A DNA stretch of 11,922 bases from Candidatus Zixiibacteriota bacterium. GTDB taxonomy: Bacteria; Zixibacteria; MSB-5A5; CAIYYT01. The notes under the pieces were generated by a model that made no database searches, had not been told where the DNA came from, and saw only the letters and a program-made list of their open reading frames with translations. Of the stretch, positions 7,010 to 11,922 are shown in pieces; the stretch's first letter is position 1; every line of letters starts with the position of its first letter. The position numbers and the translations under genes were made by a program. Location of the stretch: contig JBECKX010000137.1 of the NCBI GenBank assembly GCA_040235515.1, positions 1 to 11,922 of the forward strand, given 5' to 3'.

Positions 7010-9262
7010 TCAGCAACCGGCGCATGGCGCCGGTCCCCCACCGAAAATGTAGTTGATCAGGTAGACGGCATCTCCAATCGAAACAGTGCCGCTGCAGTCG
7101 ACATCCGCGGTCCCGCCGGCGGGAGCGGGTCCACCCGCAAAGATGTAGTTAATGATAAAGACGGCGTCGGAGATGCTGGTTTGACCGCTGCCATCGGCGT
7201 CACCACACTGGTCCTGCGGCTCAAGAACGGTAATGGCGACACTTCTATCGGTAATGTTCGGCGGAACGCTCGAGTCGACGACGCGGATGCTGAGATAGTA
7301 GGTTGCGGCATAGGTTGGAGTTCCGCTCAGGATGAAACTTTCACCGGCTGAATAGGTCATTCCGTATGGAACATCGCCACCCAGCAATGTCCAGGTGTGT
7401 GGCGCGGTACCACCGAACACCGGAATCTCATAGTAGTACTCCTCTCCCAGAACCGCATCGGGGCAGATATTGGGGACATAGGTACCCATTGGAACGGGGT
7501 TCGCCACGCGCAGAATCCATTCGTCAGGATCAAACGCGACACTGATCACGGAGTCGGCAAAGTGGAGCTGGTAGAACTGATCGCTGACATTGTTCCAGAG
7601 GGTTGTATCGACCTGCCCGCCGGTGGTGACAAACTCCATGCGAACCGGCATTTTGTAAGGCTTATAGTGAGTCTGTGTCTGCTCGACGCGAAGGAAGAGG
7701 TGATAGCCGCTCGCCAGGGTATCGGGCTGACAGATCCAGGAGTAGTCATAGATGGGGCAGGAGTATTGGAATATCCACTGCTGGAAGAACCAATCCATGT
7801 CTTTGCCGGTCCAGTCGCTGCAGAACTGTGAGAGATCGGCGGTGGTGGCGGAACCGTAGCGGAAGCTTGAAGCACCCCAGTCCTTGATGAACTGGAAGAA
7901 GTCTTCATTGCCCAGGACACCGCGGAGCATATGTACGATCCAGGCGCCCTTATCGTAGCTGGTTTCGGGGTCGAAGATCACATCGACTTCCGGGTTTTCC
8001 ACATAGACGGTTCCGGAGTATGGCACCCACTTCAGGAGTTGCATATAGTCGAGGTAGACTTGCTCCGAGTTAAACTCGCTTTCGTAGAAGATCGCTTCAG
8101 AGTAGGTCCCGAATCCCTCGTTGAGCCAGACATCATGGAAAGTCTTGCAGGTGATCATATCACCCCACCACTGATGCGCGTTCTCATGGATCACCAGGTA
8201 TTCCTTGCTATAGCCGGAGAAGGGGTCGTGGAAGGAGCAGGTTTGGTGCTCCATCGTGCCCCAGGTGCCGCAGTCGGCATTGCCGAGCTTCTCGTTGACG
8301 AAGGGGTAGACACCGTAGGCATCGCTGAAGTGATTCAGGACCGGGATTGTCAAGGTATCGTAGCAGGTAATGGTCGACCAGGCATTGGGAAGATTGTAAG
8401 CGAATACCGGCATGGAGTAGCCGTTCCAGTTCCAGGTCTTGCTGTTTACGTTGAAACTCGCGACAGACAAAGCGACGAGGTAGGTGGTGATGGGGTACCT
8501 GTGCTTCCAGTGGTAGATTTCTCTTCCGGGTGCGGCCGGCACGACCTCGACCAGTGTCCCGTTCGAGGCGGCGTACATATTGTCGGGGCATTCGATCCAG
8601 AGGTCAAGCGAGTCGGCTTTATCGCTGGGAGTATCTTTACAAGGCCACCAGTTTCGGGCATTGAAGGGTTCTACCGACGTCCAGCAAATCTGATAGCCGT
8701 TGTGGAGGGCGAAATCCATTCCTCCGCTGGCATACCCCCCGAGGTGGAGCGGCGGACCATGGTAGAAGACGGTCATGGTGGCTTCCTGGCCTCCCGGTAA
8801 TGCCGCAGGCAAGCTGATTGCGAGCAGATCGAACGCGTGCGAAAACGCAGCCGGAGTGCCGCCGACGAATACCGAGTCGACGGTGAGCTGGTCAACCAGA
8901 TTCAGGTCGAGGCTGGAGAGGCTGGGAACGAGCGAAGCAAATTGGTAGTCGATCGCTCCCTCGATCGTCTCCGTAGCAAAGTCGAGAGAGACATGCACAC
9001 CGTAGTACTTGATATCGTAGTCCGACTGGTTACCATTGAGCTTGAGAGCCGAGTTCAGGAGGAATCGCTTCGCTGCGGCTTCCTTGCGCGCGCTTTCATC
9101 CTGCATAAACTGTCTGTGATTTTCAGCCAGTTTGTCCATTTCAGGAAGAGTATTGGCCGAGTTCGACTGAGGATTGAGCATCAAGAGTAGAAGTGTCGCG
9201 GTGAGTGTCAGCGTCAGGAGCGAAAGACAGGACGGAATGGCGCGTGGGGTTGCCATTTTCAT
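7010..9262 (-). CDS. Secreted M1 family zinc aminopeptidase with Ig-like and dockerin-like C-terminal domains, 750 aa
   Basis: HENAH (8188-8174), then 18 residues, then E in WLNEGF (8119-8117). Exopeptidase motif GTMEH, SYDKGAWIVHMLR, ARNWWPCKDTPSDKA and FDPDEWIL. Signal peptide present. Start moved from 9322 to the ATG at 9262 because SD GGAGGT and a promoter lie between them. Confidence 0.94.
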   Translation of the reverse strand: MKMATPRAIPSCLSLLTLTLTATLLLLMLNPQSNSANTLPEMDKLAENHRQFMQDESARKEAAAKRFLLNSALKLNGNQSDYDIKYYGVHVSLDFATETIEGAIDYQFASLVPSLSSLDLNLVDQLTVDSVFVGGTPAAFSHAFDLLAISLPAALPGGQEATMTVFYHGPPLHLGGYASGGMDFALHNGYQICWTSVEPFNARNWWPCKDTPSDKADSLDLWIECPDNMYAASNGTLVEVVPAAPGREIYHWKHRYPITTYLVALSVASFNVNSKTWNWNGYSMPVFAYNLPNAWSTITCYDTLTIPVLNHFSDAYGVYPFVNEKLGNADCGTWGTMEHQTCSFHDPFSGYSKEYLVIHENAHQWWGDMITCKTFHDVWLNEGFGTYSEAIFYESEFNSEQVYLDYMQLLKWVPYSGTVYVENPEVDVIFDPETSYDKGAWIVHMLRGVLGNEDFFQFIKDWGASSFRYGSATTADLSQFCSDWTGKDMDWFFQQWIFQYSCPIYDYSWICQPDTLASGYHLFLRVEQTQTHYKPYKMPVRMEFVTTGGQVDTTLWNNVSDQFYQLHFADSVISVAFDPDEWILRVANPVPMGTYVPNICPDAVLGEEYYYEIPVFGGTAPHTWTLLGGDVPYGMTYSAGESFILSGTPTYAATYYLSIRVVDSSVPPNITDRSVAITVLEPQDQCGDADGSGQTSISDAVFIINYIFAGGPAPAGGTADVDCSGTVSIGDAVYLINYIFGGGPAPCAGC
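7013..7207 (-). other. Dockerin type I-like domain of the M1 peptidase, ending in CAGC
   Basis: Repeats GDADGSGQTSISDAVFIINYIFAGG and ADVDCSGTVSIGDAVYLINYIFGGG. Confidence 0.88.
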
Positions 9263-9286
9263 TGGTACCTCCGGATCAACAGCCCT

Positions 9287-9315
9287 AAAATACACTAATG
9301 ACTCCGGTTTCGCAA
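9287..9315 (-). promoter_or_regulatory. Sigma70-type promoter for the M1 peptidase gene
   Basis: TTGCGA (9315-9310), 17-nt spacer, TATTTT (9292-9287), followed by a short leader containing GGAGGT. Confidence 0.55.
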
Positions 9316-9348
9316 GGCGCATCTGCGCAGTCGCGGTGAGGCGGGCTG

Positions 9349-9408
9349 GAGATTGGGCAGATGTGGACCTTACACGTATATTATCTGGGTGTGAGATTGG
9401 GGAGAAGT
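9349..9408 (+). repeat. Imperfect 16-nt direct repeat in the divergent M1 / TPR-GWxTD intergenic region
   Basis: gagattgggcagatgt (9349-9364) and gagattggggagaagt (9393-9408): 14/16 identical, period 44 nt. Confidence 0.6.
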
Positions 9409-9431
9409 AAGGGTAGGTTACTATCGGTCGT

Positions 9432-11483
9432 GTGATAACTACAGTGGTGCTGGCGCTGGCAGTGATGCTTGCCTGCGCCGGTCAACGTGAGATCAGCCGG
9501 TTCGAGATCGACTATCTGATCTCGGATGCAAACCGATTGGTCGTTCTGGATGATGTTGATTCCGCGGCGATCGTCATAAACGAAGCTGCGCGGCAGGCAC
9601 CTCGAGATACGGCGGTGTTGCGCCAGCAAGGGATCATCAATCGCAAACTGGGGACGGTTGAGGGACGGCGAAAATCGGCGGCTGCCCTCCGGCAACTGGT
9701 GGAAGCGGACCGTCGCAATCCCGACTATCGTGTTGAACTGGCCAGAACGCTGATCGCACAGACGTTTGACTTAGAGGCTCGTTATCATCTCTCACTGGCG
9801 ATCGACCTTGATTCGACGCTTGAAGAAGCGTATCTGATGCTCGGTAACAGTTACCGCCAACCCTACTTCGAGGATGGCTGGGCGCCGGACGCAGATTCGG
9901 CTCAGGAGGTGCTCTCGATCCTGACGCGGAAGGTGCCGGAGTCGATTCGCGGGTTGGTGATGCTTGCCGAGCTGCTGGTGATCCGGGGTGAAACCGATTC
10001 TGCCGCGGCGCTGGCCGAAAAGGCGGTCGAACTCGACTCGAATGTTGCCGAGGCGAATCTGGTGGCAGGCTACTCCTGTTATCGCCAACAACGCTTCGCG
10101 CGAGCGAAGCTCTTCTTCGAGAGGGCAATCTCTCAGCTTGACACGTTTGCCACCACACCGTACACCTACATTCGAAATCTGTTGCGCCCGCAGGATCAGG
10201 CTGAGTACGACAGGCTATCACCGACCGCCCGGGATAGCTTTGCGGTGATCTACTGGCGAAGTGTCGATTTCGACCCGACAACGGAGATCAATGAACGGCA
10301 GATAGAACACTGGGCGCGCGTATGGAAAGCCAACCTGCTCTTCTCCAATCAACGCTATGAGCACGAGGGTTGGCTCACGGATATGGGCACGACCATGATC
10401 CGGCTGGGTGATCCGGATGAAAGAGAACGAGGCAGCATCCATTCGGGCCATACTTCAGGTACGCCGGCATGGTATTGGCGATATCAGACAACCGCCCTGC
10501 CCTGCACACTGGTATTCGTGGATCAGATGCTATCGGGGACCTACAATTTCCCCTTTCCCGGATCGGATCATACCGGCAGCTTGCGCCTGAACGCCAGCAA
10601 GGAGATAGCGTATCTCAATTCCCGGATTCGTCCGCAGGAGTCGCAGGTTATCCGCAGTCGCGCCAGGATTCCTTTTGAAGCAAAGGCGTATCGATTCCTG
10701 GATGAGGCCGGACAGGCGCAGCTCTTGATTGCAGCGGAGTATGCCCCGACCGCGATGGGCGACACTGCCCCAGGCCTCGACGAGTTGCGGATAAGGGCTT
10801 CCACGCAGGATGGCGGCTTCAAGATTCTTCAAACGTTCGAGGCAGCCGGGGGGCAGGTCATGCAGCCGGCGGTTGGCGGGGATCCTGAAGCCAGCGCACT
10901 CACATACCTTGCGTGTCTGGAGCTACCTGCCCGCAGCGGTTATCTTGGCTGGAACGTGGTGCTGGAGGCGCGGGACAAGAGTGCTTTCGGGCGGGTGAGC
11001 GATACGATCCGATTTCAGAAAGATGTAACCGATTCGCTCGTCCTGTCCGACATCATGCTGTCGAGTGGCATCGAGCGAGCGGAGGGCGGGGGAGCGGTCG
11101 GGTTCAGGAGAGGCGATCTGGTTGTGGTGCCGCATCTGAACGATACCGCTTCGCTGGCTGAACCGCTGCTGATCTACTTCGAGATCGCAAACCTGCCGAT
11201 AGATATCCGTTCGGTAACCCGCTACGAGATGACCTACCAACTCAGCTATGTCAAGAGTGCAGCAGGCGGACTGAAGGGGTTGCTGGGTGAGCTCTGGCCC
11301 GGCAGGCGTGAGAGCGTCAGCAACACGTATCGGGAAGGCGGCAAGGAGACACGGCAGCGACGGCAGCTTGCTCTGGATGTGAGCGAACTGCGCCCGGGTC
11401 ACTATGAGCTGACGATCGAGATCAATGATCTGATCTTCGGCAAGCGAGCAACGCGGACGACGAATCTCACGCTGCTGCCATAA
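9432..11483 (+). CDS. TPR-repeat, GWxTD-domain lipoprotein, 683 aa
   Basis: GTG start bounded by an in-frame TAG at 9414. Lipobox MLA-C. Several TPR-like helix pairs (AEKAVELDSNVAEANLVAGYSCYRQQRFARAKLFFERAI). YWRSVDFDPTTEINE...ARVWKANLLF...GWLTDMGTTMIRLGDPD is a GWxTD domain. C-terminal LSDIML...LLIYFEIANL...LDVSELRPGHYELTIEINDL is the beta-sandwich typical of this family. Confidence 0.9.
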   Translation: MITTVVLALAVMLACAGQREISRFEIDYLISDANRLVVLDDVDSAAIVINEAARQAPRDTAVLRQQGIINRKLGTVEGRRKSAAALRQLVEADRRNPDYRVELARTLIAQTFDLEARYHLSLAIDLDSTLEEAYLMLGNSYRQPYFEDGWAPDADSAQEVLSILTRKVPESIRGLVMLAELLVIRGETDSAAALAEKAVELDSNVAEANLVAGYSCYRQQRFARAKLFFERAISQLDTFATTPYTYIRNLLRPQDQAEYDRLSPTARDSFAVIYWRSVDFDPTTEINERQIEHWARVWKANLLFSNQRYEHEGWLTDMGTTMIRLGDPDERERGSIHSGHTSGTPAWYWRYQTTALPCTLVFVDQMLSGTYNFPFPGSDHTGSLRLNASKEIAYLNSRIRPQESQVIRSRARIPFEAKAYRFLDEAGQAQLLIAAEYAPTAMGDTAPGLDELRIRASTQDGGFKILQTFEAAGGQVMQPAVGGDPEASALTYLACLELPARSGYLGWNVVLEARDKSAFGRVSDTIRFQKDVTDSLVLSDIMLSSGIERAEGGGAVGFRRGDLVVVPHLNDTASLAEPLLIYFEIANLPIDIRSVTRYEMTYQLSYVKSAAGGLKGLLGELWPGRRESVSNTYREGGKETRQRRQLALDVSELRPGHYELTIEINDLIFGKRATRTTNLTLLP

Positions 11484-11632
11484 TCCCCTTCGCAAAGTTC
11501 CCCACGCAAAAACCGCTTGGCGAATCGAACCGCAATTGATTTAATTGGATGGTTCACGTTTGAGCAGCATAAGAACCTGATTGAAATGTGATGTGATGAG
11601 GCATTAACACACATTCTAATGGAAAGAGTGGA

Positions 11633-11922
11633 ATGATCAATTTTGTACCGAGGAAGATGTTTCTCACGAAGGGCGTGGGAAACCACAAGGAACACCTGGC
11701 GTCGTTCGAGTTGGCGCTCCGGGATGCCGGCATTGCGAATCTGAATCTCGTGAATGTTTCTTCGATATTTCCCCCATTCTGCAAGCTGATTTCCAGGGCG
11801 CGCGGCCAGCATTACTTCAAGCCGGGACAGGTTGCGTTTTGTGTCATGAGCCGCAACGCTACGAACGAGCCAAACAGGTTGATTTCCGCATCGATTGGCC
11901 TGGCCATGCCACAGGACAAGTC
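11633..11922 (+). CDS. pdaD: Pyruvoyl-dependent arginine decarboxylase (partial, runs off the right edge)
   Basis: Manual translation: MINFVPRKMFLTKGVGNHKEHLASFELALRDAGIANLNLVNVSSIFPPFCKLISRARGQHYFKPGQVAFCVMSRNATNEPNRLISASIGLAMPQDK. It contains SFELALRDAGI..NLV.VSSI.PP with the Ser-Ser self-cleavage site at 11759-11764. Not in the ORF track. Confidence 0.93.
   Translation, partial: MINFVPRKMFLTKGVGNHKEHLASFELALRDAGIANLNLVNVSSIFPPFCKLISRARGQHYFKPGQVAFCVMSRNATNEPNRLISASIGLAMPQDK

Noticed and set aside
7931..8800. 289-aa plus-strand ORF (likewise 2861-3484, 5410-6228, 9637-10281, 10923-11495 and the other short track ORFs)
   Set aside because: They overlap genes with clear family motifs, are typical antisense or alternate-frame products of GC-biased codon usage, and have no independent support.
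223..9262. Both peptidases are exactly 750 aa
   Set aside because: Their domain contents differ and the M1 start is inferred, so this is treated as coincidence.
9263..9322. 20-aa N-terminal extension of the M1 peptidase
   Set aside because: The region contains the predicted promoter and the GGAGGT SD for the ATG at 9262.
11402..11812. Minus-strand ORFs of 136 and 76 aa at the right end
   Set aside because: They are antisense to pdaD and the end of the TPR-GWxTD gene and have no recognisable features.

Overview
Bacterial chromosomal window of moderate-to-high GC with no mobile element, RNA gene or CRISPR array that I can see. It carries nine genes, two of them cut by the window edges and absent from the ORF track. 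In order: (-) the signal-peptide start of an exported protein; (-) a secreted S8 subtilase with thrombospondin type-3-like Ca loops, an Ig-like domain and a dockerin-like tail; (-) type III pantothenate kinase coaX; (+) an uncharacterised lipoprotein, possibly AttH/lipocalin-like and apparently leaderless; (+) a Cys-rich DUF6125-like protein; (+) a lipoprotein with a degenerate GWxTD domain; (-) a secreted M1 zinc aminopeptidase with the same Ig plus dockerin-like tail; (+) a TPR-GWxTD lipoprotein; (+) the start of a pyruvoyl-dependent arginine decarboxylase. The 'CGDAD.SG...D.VY.INYIFGGGP.P' dockerin style and the GWxTD proteins suggest an FCB-group organism such as Candidatus Zixibacteria (inference). 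The most interesting signal is two unrelated peptidases sharing one ~150-aa C-terminal module with four conserved cysteines and a terminal CxxC, located next to membrane-anchored GWxTD lipoproteins. This is a candidate cell-surface proteolytic assembly or protein-sorting system, and it remains a hypothesis. Several clean sigma70-type promoters help fix gene starts.
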